Part shown: positions 56,476-64,000 of the stretch, piece after piece
Numbering within the stretch: the stretch's first letter is position 1
How the letters are laid out: each line of letters begins with the position of its first letter
Source: Klebsiella phage fENko-Kae01
Sequence record: OR228459.1
Reading direction: 5' to 3' (one strand)
DNA length: 64,000 bases
Notes under the pieces: model-generated
The model's input: the letters and a program-made list of their open reading frames with translations, nothing else
Told to the model about the DNA's origin: nothing
The model's database searches: none
Program-made: the position numbers and the translations under genes

Positions 56476-57342
56476 ATGATCCACCTAAAATTATCAATTC
56501 CAGATATGGATTATGCCAATCTCAATCCTGATTTTTATCCATACATTGACTGGAATAAATTGCGAGATACAGAAATCTCATTAATGCCGAAAGATGTAAT
56601 TCTATATGCACCAATTCGTAAAATCATTTCCCATTTAGGTACACAAGAAAAATCAGGTACAAGTGATATCCAAGTACTAGAAGTAATCGCACGTTGCTTT
56701 AATGAATTGAATGAAAAAAAACATTTATTTTCACGCGATGTAGATTTGTTCAACTTCATTAATGAATTTTGTAGTTTTGAATTTCGTAAGAAATATCATA
56801 GACAATTACTTGCTAAACGCCACCCAGAACATACATATCAGTTTGTCTGTACATTGGTCGCAGATTATATTGTTGGTTTGGAGTTTTTAGATAAACTACC
56901 TTACCATAAAATGACAATTGATGTATTCAACAAACTAAAACTGGAAGATATGAGAAAATTAATCTTCAATACTAATTACATTCAAAATACATTAACATAT
57001 CAAGTACCGATGGATGAAGCCGCTTTTGCATTACCATCGTCTGATTTAGAAAAATTAAAAATGCCAGTTCCCCGAAATGTTATGTTTACAAAAACACTAC
57101 AGAAATTATGCACGAGTGAACAGTTTTCGGTAGTTGTAAAACAACAAGAAGAAATTAATTGGGATGAAATGGTTAACTTATACCATAAATGTGAAATAGT
57201 ATACAGTGACTTATTTCTAGTTTGGAAAAAGTTTATTGAAGAAAGTAATGAGGATTATATTCGCGATTCTGAAGAATTTGTAAGAGAATCTTTCAACAAC
57301 AACTTTGATAGAAGTTACTTTAATATTAAGGATTACTTATGA
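56476..57342 (+). CDS. hypothetical protein (288 aa)
   Basis: RBS taggagtt. Confidence 0.55.
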   Translation: MIHLKLSIPDMDYANLNPDFYPYIDWNKLRDTEISLMPKDVILYAPIRKIISHLGTQEKSGTSDIQVLEVIARCFNELNEKKHLFSRDVDLFNFINEFCSFEFRKKYHRQLLAKRHPEHTYQFVCTLVADYIVGLEFLDKLPYHKMTIDVFNKLKLEDMRKLIFNTNYIQNTLTYQVPMDEAAFALPSSDLEKLKMPVPRNVMFTKTLQKLCTSEQFSVVVKQQEEINWDEMVNLYHKCEIVYSDLFLVWKKFIEESNEDYIRDSEEFVRESFNNNFDRSYFNIKDYL

Positions 57343-57635
57343 TTCTAAACATTTTTGTACTAATGATTGTTTTCATCCCTTTTTGGACTTCACTAGTCTA
57401 TAAACACTCAACTTGGATTACTAAAGTAATGGTGTTCATTTGGTGTTCGTTGGTTGCATTTGTATTGTTCATGGTACGGGATGCTTCTATATCACTTGAA
57501 CAGTACGGATATCCAATTGATTGGTTCCCAATAACGTTAATATGTTCTTGGTTTATATTTGGACAATTTATTGGTTTAAAGGCAGTATTATCTGAATTAC
57601 CCCGGTACAATTCTCTAAATAGTACTAATGATTAA
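57339..57635 (+). CDS. membrane protein
   Basis: three hydrophobic helices. Confidence 0.5.
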   Translation: MILNIFVLMIVFIPFWTSLVYKHSTWITKVMVFIWCSLVAFVLFMVRDASISLEQYGYPIDWFPITLICSWFIFGQFIGLKAVLSELPRYNSLNSTND

Positions 57636-57655
57636 ATCTTTTTAGGAGAATTTAT

Positions 57656-58036
57656 ATGGCACACGACCAATGGGATCGCAAAGATCCGTCACATGATGTA
57701 GATGCATCGAAACTAGACGACAAACACAAAACCAAGTACTTTGATGAATTGGGGCTATTGAAGCCAGATCAATCTCTTTCGCATGATCGTCCTTCACGTG
57801 AGAAGTCTTTCAGTCTAGAATCATTAGGCCATGAGCTACGTGAAGTTTTCAGTAATCACCCAATCTATGTGCGTGACATTATTGAAAAACTCAAGGTAAC
57901 ACCAAAAGAACACTTTAAAGCCACAGTACACGCCGCTTTCAAAGCACTACACGAAGCACGTGGCAGTGAGCGTAAGATCCATGCTGCAATCATTGACGCG
58001 ATTGAGTCAGTGAAGCACAAATTTAGTAAGAAATAA
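57656..58036 (+). CDS. hypothetical protein
   Basis: RBS aggagaat. Confidence 0.5.
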   Translation: MAHDQWDRKDPSHDVDASKLDDKHKTKYFDELGLLKPDQSLSHDRPSREKSFSLESLGHELREVFSNHPIYVRDIIEKLKVTPKEHFKATVHAAFKALHEARGSERKIHAAIIDAIESVKHKFSKK

Positions 58037-58041
58037 CACAA

Positions 58042-58077
58042 AAGGGTTGACGAGAGTCAGCCCTTTTTCGTATAATA
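58042..58077 (+). promoter_or_regulatory. fused terminator-promoter module (GAGA loop)
   Basis: aaagggttgacgagagtcagccctttttcgtataat; copy 3. Confidence 0.55.
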
Positions 58078-58111
58078 AGAGTATCGAAACAAAACTATTA
58101 AGGAAATCATA

Positions 58112-59071
58112 ATGCCACATTTCACTTTTGCAGAACCAACACAAACCAGTACTAAAAAGACAAAGGTTAAAACCGACAATGCTGCTGGTTTAATCTACAC
58201 TGCAATGAAGAAATCCAAGGTTCGTAATCCTAAATTTAAACCAGCATTTGTTGCTAGTTTACCACGTCAGCACAACTACTCTAAAACAGTACTTGTACTG
58301 TTGAATATGTATAAATCATCGGGTTCTTTGAAATGTTCCTGCTGTAATTCATCTGAAGCATACTTTGTAATACATGTCGAATGTGGTCGTGCAACATTTC
58401 GTGCTATGGTAGATACTAATAGTGGTCGTCAAGTCCTGACCGTTGACCATGATGTACTGAAATCGTTAGGCGGTAAAGATGAAGAACAAAACTACAATCC
58501 GTTGTGCTATAAATGCAATCAGATTCGTGGTTCTCGTTTCGCTGGATTTAAAGAATTCAAAGAATGGTATGATTCACAAGAAGTAATTGATACCATCAGT
58601 GGTTTACCATCAGCAAACTTCTGTCATATAGATTTTAAAAGTAATCTTAACAATAATATCCATTGTGAAACCATTAATGGTGCAACTGCGTTGCCACCAA
58701 ATATGATGAATGAACTTAAGAAAGAAATGCGTCGTGACCAATATGACATTTTCTCTAAACTATCGATAAAGATTTGGTTGAAGATGGATCGTGATAGTGC
58801 TAATACTATCTTAAATGAATTAGTACTCGAACGTATACAAAAACGTCACAACAAGAAACATATTAAATTACAAAATCATAACTTTTTTAACTACCAGAAG
58901 AATATTACTGATCATCGTAAAATAAAGATGCATATCGAAGAACAATTACGTGCACAGGTTCGCAAGTTACGTAATACACCAGTACATGTCAGTACTGAAG
59001 AAGTTAAAAAAGTCAATACTGCATTTAGTTTTAAAAATATTTGGTCAGCCTTGAAAAATATCTTTGCCTAA
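58112..59071 (+). CDS. HNH endonuclease domain protein
   Basis: VDHDVLKSLGGKDEEQNYNPLCYKCN matches HNH (DH..GG..N..LC..CN); upstream Cys cluster. Confidence 0.55.
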   Translation: MPHFTFAEPTQTSTKKTKVKTDNAAGLIYTAMKKSKVRNPKFKPAFVASLPRQHNYSKTVLVLLNMYKSSGSLKCSCCNSSEAYFVIHVECGRATFRAMVDTNSGRQVLTVDHDVLKSLGGKDEEQNYNPLCYKCNQIRGSRFAGFKEFKEWYDSQEVIDTISGLPSANFCHIDFKSNLNNNIHCETINGATALPPNMMNELKKEMRRDQYDIFSKLSIKIWLKMDRDSANTILNELVLERIQKRHNKKHIKLQNHNFFNYQKNITDHRKIKMHIEEQLRAQVRKLRNTPVHVSTEEVKKVNTAFSFKNIWSALKNIFA

Positions 59072-59074
59072 GTA

Positions 59075-59108
59075 TTGACACGATCAGGGAGTATGTTATA
59101 ATACTCCC
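59075..59108 (+). promoter_or_regulatory. sigma70-like promoter with perfect palindrome gggagtat-gttataat-actccc spanning the -10 (operator candidate)
   Basis: TTGACA-N17-TATAAT; 8-bp inverted repeat arms; second copy at 60381-60414. Confidence 0.5.
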
Positions 59109-59131
59109 ATAGAAAATAAAGAGGACATATC

Positions 59132-59458
59132 ATGAATTATCAACTAGTACTTGCTGCATTAAATGAACTTAAATCTGGTCATATTGAAGACACCAGTAAA
59201 GGTATTTGTTTCAATCTAGCATGGAAACTTGATATGGATCGTAACAATCCATTGAACATGAGTACTCATTTCATTGAGGAAGCATTTACTTCAATTTTTG
59301 GTTCAGTACTGACTTCTCCAGTTGAAGGTGATATTATTTCGTATTTGAACAACAAAAATAAATGGGATAAAGAAACAGAAATGGGCTTGCGTCGTTTTGA
59401 TTTACTTGATAAAATGATTGCATACGCTGAAGAACAACTCAACAAAGAGGAAGCATAA
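59132..59458 (+). CDS. hypothetical protein
   Basis: RBS agaggac. Confidence 0.5.
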   Translation: MNYQLVLAALNELKSGHIEDTSKGICFNLAWKLDMDRNNPLNMSTHFIEEAFTSIFGSVLTSPVEGDIISYLNNKNKWDKETEMGLRRFDLLDKMIAYAEEQLNKEEA

Positions 59459-59459
59459 G

Positions 59460-59624
59460 ATGAAATACTTAATCGCATTTGCACTGATTATTGGTTTGGC
59501 TGGTGGTTTCTGGATTGGTAAAGCAACTTATCAGGTCAAACTCACTGCTGGTTCTTGTCTCGATGCAACTACTCAAAGCATTGGAGAAAGTATCGATAAC
59601 TTTATTAGCAACATTAAGGGGTAA
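59460..59624 (+). CDS. small membrane protein
   Basis: ATG 59460, RBS gaggaagc. Confidence 0.4.
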   Translation: MKYLIAFALIIGLAGGFWIGKATYQVKLTAGSCLDATTQSIGESIDNFISNIKG

Positions 59625-59627
59625 CAT

Positions 59628-59915
59628 ATGATTCAATACTTCCAAACTCGTCGTATTTCTGACATGACTGAAGGCTGTGGTCACATGGTTAATGACCGTG
59701 CTTTTACGGAATGGCAATATGCAGCAGATTATATTAACTCCCAACCGGGCGTAATGGGTCGTCGTGTGAAATGGACAGAAGAAAAATATGCTGGTGATTG
59801 GGATATCCAAACCATTAATGTATATGATTCTCCATTTGATCCAGAAGCAGAAGCACGTGCAAACGCACTTGCTAAACTAACACCACAAGAACGCAAACTA
59901 TTGGGGCTTGAATAA
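59628..59915 (+). CDS. hypothetical protein
   Basis: ORF 95 aa. Confidence 0.45.
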   Translation: MIQYFQTRRISDMTEGCGHMVNDRAFTEWQYAADYINSQPGVMGRRVKWTEEKYAGDWDIQTINVYDSPFDPEAEARANALAKLTPQERKLLGLE

Positions 59916-60127
59916 TGAGTGTAGAACTTACTACCTTCAATGAAGGTAATAAAACTTACTTAGCTGTCGGTTTCATTGAAGATCGTGGTTTTGATGATTC
60001 TAATGTATGTCAGTACCGTTGTGTTGATGCTCAAGGTTATGAGTTTTACACTGATGATCACGGTGAAGCAATGGAATTTATCAGTAATGGTCTAACACAG
60101 CCTAAGAACACATGGACGCTTCCATGA
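59915..60127 (+). CDS. hypothetical protein
   Basis: ATG overlaps TAA. Confidence 0.45.
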   Translation: MSVELTTFNEGNKTYLAVGFIEDRGFDDSNVCQYRCVDAQGYEFYTDDHGEAMEFISNGLTQPKNTWTLP

Positions 60128-60384
60128 AGTACATAATGATTGTACTGGCTATGCTTTTCCTAAGTGCATGTGATGATGAACCAGTGATCGATGCCAAGTA
60201 TTTGGCTATGCATGAGTGCGTCTACACTGGTAAATCATTTCAAACTGATGAAAAGACGTGGATTTCTAACGGGCGTGGTGGTTCATGGAAAGATGTAACT
60301 AATCGTTACTATGTCTATGATTGTCCACCGGGAAAGCAAAAAACTTTATCAACTGTTAGGCTTGTTATTGATACTGAGCATTGA
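60124..60384 (+). CDS. small lipoprotein
   Basis: MKYIMIVLAMLFLSAC lipobox. Confidence 0.5.
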   Translation: MKYIMIVLAMLFLSACDDEPVIDAKYLAMHECVYTGKSFQTDEKTWISNGRGGSWKDVTNRYYVYDCPPGKQKTLSTVRLVIDTEH

Positions 60385-60414
60385 CAACATTCGGGAGTAT
60401 GTTATAATACTCCC
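60381..60414 (+). promoter_or_regulatory. sigma70-like promoter with palindrome gggagtat-gttataat-actccc (copy 2)
   Basis: identical 22-bp palindrome to 59087-59108. Confidence 0.5.
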
Positions 60415-60437
60415 ATATTAAGAAAACAGGAGCTACA

Positions 60438-60596
60438 ATGGAAAATATTTACGTTAATGCATTTAATGGTTTAGTTCGTAAGTTCGTTGGTGGTAAAGGT
60501 TTCAATTTGCAAGATGATGGAACATGGGTTAAAACCGGCATATCTGAGAAATTGATTAAAAATCTTCCTTACTATAAGTTACAGGAAAACAAATAA
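60438..60596 (+). CDS. small hypothetical protein (52 aa)
   Basis: RBS caggagct; first ORF after palindromic promoter. Confidence 0.4.
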   Translation: MENIYVNAFNGLVRKFVGGKGFNLQDDGTWVKTGISEKLIKNLPYYKLQENK

Positions 60597-60886
60597 TGAA
60601 AGTAGATATCCATTATACTAGTTTTAATATGCGTAAAGATACTGAAAGTATTGTGGCTACTTCTGGTGCAATTGCATTTTTTAATGATCACGACATTCCT
60701 TATGTTCTTGAAGAACATGATAGGTTCGGCGGCGGTAAGAAAGAAATGATAACTTGGCATGAAAGTGCAACACCAATCGAACTTGTTGATTTCTCTATTG
60801 ATGTTATGCATGAATACGCTCAACGCTATAATCTCATTTTCCAGATTGGTAAAGAAACCGTAGTTATTAAATTCGATGAAAAATAA
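60596..60886 (+). CDS. hypothetical protein
   Basis: ATG overlaps TAA. Confidence 0.45.
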   Translation: MKVDIHYTSFNMRKDTESIVATSGAIAFFNDHDIPYVLEEHDRFGGGKKEMITWHESATPIELVDFSIDVMHEYAQRYNLIFQIGKETVVIKFDEK

Positions 60887-60895
60887 GGAATTCTT

Positions 60896-61543
60896 ATGTT
60901 AAAAGATCCTAACTTTGAACCAATGGATTTATTTTTTAAGAATAAAGATCACGGTTTGTATTTCTCTTACATTATGGTTAAGAGTCCTATTGATGGACGT
61001 ATTATCCCTGCCATGAGTGGATACACTGATCCTTCTCATGAACGCTGGGAAGGTGAAAAGAAATCTATTAAGGTATTTTTAACAGCACGTCATGCACCGG
61101 GAATCTATTTGGGTTTTCCAATGGAAGACATGCTCGCATTGAGTCCCACCCGCCATATTGAAAGTGTTGGAAATTTCGACTTGAGTACTGGTATGTACTA
61201 TACATATGAAGAAATGAAAGAACAATTCAATCGTGGTTATCATTTACAGAATGAACCATTAAGTACTGGAAAACCAGCAGCACATATGAATTCAATAGCC
61301 AATCCATATGGGTTAGCTGATAACATCTCTCAAGTACTAAAATATTACCGGAAGGTTGTGACTAATCCCAATGTTAATGTCGTCCTGCATGTACAGCAGC
61401 ACGATAAGACTAAAAATACAGTGGGGATGCGTTGGCATAAATCCGGTAAGTATATCGGTAATCATAATCCAAAGCATGAATATATTAATGATGAAGAAGG
61501 GTTTGATCGCTTTATTTCTTACCATTTCTATGTTATAGAGTAG
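60896..61543 (+). CDS. hypothetical protein (215 aa)
   Basis: RBS aaggaatt. Confidence 0.5.
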   Translation: MLKDPNFEPMDLFFKNKDHGLYFSYIMVKSPIDGRIIPAMSGYTDPSHERWEGEKKSIKVFLTARHAPGIYLGFPMEDMLALSPTRHIESVGNFDLSTGMYYTYEEMKEQFNRGYHLQNEPLSTGKPAAHMNSIANPYGLADNISQVLKYYRKVVTNPNVNVVLHVQQHDKTKNTVGMRWHKSGKYIGNHNPKHEYINDEEGFDRFISYHFYVIE

Positions 61544-61753
61544 GTGTGTATGGGTAAATTTCTAGTAATTGGATTTGTAATAGGATTTCTAGTAATATTA
61601 GGTATTTTTGGGGCTGTCTTTATGATTACATATTGGGATTCATTGTATCCTGAATGGGATCGCATTGGAACAGATGAAATCGCGAACACCTGTTTAATAT
61701 CATCATTTGGTGGACTAATAGGTATGTTTATAACTCTTTGGATAATTGATTAA
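61544..61753 (+). CDS. small membrane protein
   Basis: two TM helices. Confidence 0.45.
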   Translation: MCMGKFLVIGFVIGFLVILGIFGAVFMITYWDSLYPEWDRIGTDEIANTCLISSFGGLIGMFITLWIID

Positions 61754-62133
61754 TGCATAAAATAATTATTGTAGTACTTCTAATGTTTGGTGTATCATAT
61801 TCTGCATTAGCTGAAAAGATTCTTTGTGTTGATGTGAAGCATAAAGCTCACGTTATTGAATTTGTCACCGATAGTATTGACTTTGTGTATCTAGATGGTG
61901 TAGAATATCAACGTCAACCACATATGGCAAAAATAAGTACTGAGTACTTTACAAGTGATAAGAAAATGTTAACATTTTTCTTTGATCCAAATCCAGAAAA
62001 ACGTGATTGGTTTAATATTTTGTTAACATCAATCCCAAAGAAAAATGAAAAAGTACTTGAAGATTTCTTCGCATTGTGCGATAATGTAAACCTTCTCGAA
62101 GAAGAACAACAACCTCAACTCGTTAAACAATAA
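61753..62133 (+). CDS. secreted/periplasmic hypothetical protein
   Basis: signal peptide MHKIIIVVLLMFGVSYSALA. Confidence 0.5.
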   Translation: MHKIIIVVLLMFGVSYSALAEKILCVDVKHKAHVIEFVTDSIDFVYLDGVEYQRQPHMAKISTEYFTSDKKMLTFFFDPNPEKRDWFNILLTSIPKKNEKVLEDFFALCDNVNLLEEEQQPQLVKQ

Positions 62134-62142
62134 GGAAACTAC

Positions 62143-62475
62143 ATGTTTATTCTATCTCTAGGTTATATTATTTTTGTCGCTACTATGATTATTTCTATCT
62201 TCCGTGTTCACGTTAATAAAGAAGATTTTGATGTAATTGGCTCTTATTTCAATAATACCCCAGAACACAGTAATTTCGCAAAATATGTATATTACTGTCT
62301 TTATGCTTGGGTGATTGCTTGGGGACTATCTCTTATTCTACCAGTACTTGCTATCGTATGTATGGTAATTAATCTAGTACTTTACATTGCAGCTTGGATT
62401 TGGATTTACGAATGTTATAAAGATGGTCACATGGTACGTTGGTTCAACGACATTAAAGCTAAATTAAATCCATAA
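62143..62475 (+). CDS. membrane protein
   Basis: three hydrophobic helices. Confidence 0.5.
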   Translation: MFILSLGYIIFVATMIISIFRVHVNKEDFDVIGSYFNNTPEHSNFAKYVYYCLYAWVIAWGLSLILPVLAIVCMVINLVLYIAAWIWIYECYKDGHMVRWFNDIKAKLNP

Positions 62476-62484
62476 GATGAAAAA

Positions 62485-62520
62485 AAGGGTTGACGAAAGT
62501 CAGCCCTTTTTGTTATAATA
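62485..62520 (+). promoter_or_regulatory. fused terminator-promoter module (GAAA loop)
   Basis: aaaaagggttgacgaaagtcagccctttttgttataat; copy 4. Confidence 0.55.
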
Positions 62521-62545
62521 ATTTCATCAACTAAAGGAGAACTAT

Positions 62546-62968
62546 ATGCCTCGTGCTTCATTTAAAGTAACTGATTGTGATGTAAATCTTATTAGGCGTG
62601 ATATGTTTGAAACAAAAAAATCCTATGAATATTTTCTCATTGGTTTCCACGCAGCACGTGAATTGCAGATGTTGAAAGATTCTGGAAATATTATCATGGA
62701 TTCTGGAACCCCACTTGAATCTAATTGTGATTTTTATATTGCATTTGACCAGTGGAAAGATGAACTATCAATGCCTCGGCTTGGGCCATCGGTAGATGGT
62801 AAGAGTATGACTATGTGGTTTGGTGCAACAATGGGTAACATTCCAAATACCACTTTTGTATATAAACGCGAATTGAAAGATGCGTTTGGTAAGATCACAT
62901 ATGTAGTACCAACAAATCAAAAAAAATTTGAAATAAAAGAGTTGACTGACTACAATTCTATGGTATAA
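62546..62968 (+). CDS. hypothetical protein
   Basis: RBS aaaggagaa. Confidence 0.5.
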   Translation: MPRASFKVTDCDVNLIRRDMFETKKSYEYFLIGFHAARELQMLKDSGNIIMDSGTPLESNCDFYIAFDQWKDELSMPRLGPSVDGKSMTMWFGATMGNIPNTTFVYKRELKDAFGKITYVVPTNQKKFEIKELTDYNSMV

Positions 62969-62998
62969 TAGTAGTACTTAATTGGAGAGAACTCTAAA

Positions 62999-63229
62999 AT
63001 GTTCGATGAAGATATGTCGGAATTACCACCAGTACTAGAAGAAACGCTTGAAGAAATTAACAAAATGGGTAAGAAAGATCTACGTGAGTTTGCCTGTAGT
63101 ATTCTTTTAAACTTAGTAGATCTTCAAGAAAAGCATTTAGAACTTCAACGTCGTTACAATCGTAATCGTGCAGACTATCTTTCACGTTGCACCAGTTCGG
63201 GTGGGATTACTATCCCTCCACGTTTTTAA
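62999..63229 (+). CDS. hypothetical protein
   Basis: RBS ggagagaa. Confidence 0.45.
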   Translation: MFDEDMSELPPVLEETLEEINKMGKKDLREFACSILLNLVDLQEKHLELQRRYNRNRADYLSRCTSSGGITIPPRF

Positions 63230-63239
63230 GGAGTTGTAT

Positions 63240-63569
63240 ATGGTTATTGTACTTAATTCTATTTCTCAAATACTTTGGTTTTTTGTCTCGGTATTCGGAT
63301 TAGTTTCTTTGATCCTTATGTTCTTTAAAAAGAAATCATGGCTAAGACGTATTAATATGGACGAATGGGATTCTCCTTTTTTGGCGTGGGTTTCATTTAT
63401 TGGGGGTATGTTCATTTTTGGTATGCATTTAGTGATGGATGAAAGTGGTGTTTCATTGAATGGTTTTAGTGTCGGTTTTATGATTTCAATAATGCTTATT
63501 GGGTTTTGTTTAGTAGAGTTTTTATTTTCATTAATCTCAGATTGGCGTAAAAATATACCGGAGTCCTAA
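63240..63569 (+). CDS. membrane protein
   Basis: RBS aaggagttg; three TM helices. Confidence 0.5.
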   Translation: MVIVLNSISQILWFFVSVFGLVSLILMFFKKKSWLRRINMDEWDSPFLAWVSFIGGMFIFGMHLVMDESGVSLNGFSVGFMISIMLIGFCLVEFLFSLISDWRKNIPES

Positions 63570-63902
63570 ATGAAACTAGCATTGCAAAATATTTTACTAC
63601 TAATCATCACTGTAAGTATTGCATTTGGCTTTTATTATGTGTATAATAATGCTATGCAAAAACGTTTGGAAAAGCCATACCATTGTTATCTGATTGTTAA
63701 ACCGAAAAATGATTATGGAATAACTGAACGTTTCAATACAACCAGAAAAGAATTGAGTACTCTCTCTGTTGGACAGGTATATCATGGTTACACCGTATCA
63801 AGTATCAATTCAACAATGAGTAAAAGTGTGTACACAATTCGCTACAATCCTGATAATAATTCTGAACTAATTGAAGGTTCAGTGTCATGTTTTGAAGATT
63901 AG
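63570..63902 (+). CDS. membrane-anchored hypothetical protein
   Basis: ATG overlaps TAA; N-terminal TM. Confidence 0.5.
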   Translation: MKLALQNILLLIITVSIAFGFYYVYNNAMQKRLEKPYHCYLIVKPKNDYGITERFNTTRKELSTLSVGQVYHGYTVSSINSTMSKSVYTIRYNPDNNSELIEGSVSCFED

Positions 63903-63910
63903 AGGTTTAA

Positions 63911-64000
63911 ATGAATTTCAGTACTACAACGAAGTCGGGTATGATTCAATACGCTAAAATCGACCCAACTAAAAACATCAACGTCTTAGAAGTCGAGCAG
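63911..64000 (+). CDS. hypothetical protein (3' partial, runs off window)
   Basis: ATG after RBS agaggttt, open to window end. Confidence 0.4.
   Translation, partial: MNFSTTTKSGMIQYAKIDPTKNINVLEVEQ

Overview
AT-rich (~35% GC) 64-kb stretch that looks like the early/accessory region of a large virulent tailed phage infecting a Gram-negative (probably gamma-proteobacterial) host. About 130 short-to-medium ORFs are tiled almost exclusively on the + strand; the one clear minus-strand gene is 45865-47007. A tRNA island (12.4-38.9 kb) holds nine canonical tRNAs: a class-II Ser-like gene, Thr, Met, Ser, Tyr, Pro, Glu, Gly and Leu. At least four tRNA-like genes in the same island do not fold into a clean cloverleaf by eye. 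A strong promoter family TTGGGACAAA-N13-TGTGATATAAT occurs 11 times. About eight further sigma70-like TTGACA-N17-TATAAT promoters are present, and there are many intrinsic terminators, some fused to the next promoter. Two paralogous copies of a ~400-450-nt structured non-coding element sit directly downstream of that promoter at 8788-9232 and 55989-56375. The two copies show compensatory base changes in predicted stems. Recognisable proteins include a NADAR/YbiA-like protein and an ADP-ribosylglycohydrolase flanking the first ncRNA copy, and a PARP/Tpt1-like ART-fold candidate. Others are a DEDDh 3'-5' exonuclease (T4 DexA-like), an SPFH lipoprotein, a PTH2-type peptidyl-tRNA hydrolase, a BCS1-like AAA ATPase, a sigma70-family sigma factor and an HNH endonuclease. 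There is also a signal-peptide-bearing collagen-repeat protein with a YadA-like trimeric-autotransporter anchor, and a lone minus-strand Ig-like repeat protein. A family of at least 13 small paralogous proteins shares a C-terminal EEEYFQQST-like motif. All coordinates were derived by hand from the sequence and may be off by 1-2 nt. No domain searches were run, so protein calls rest on motifs I recognise by eye.
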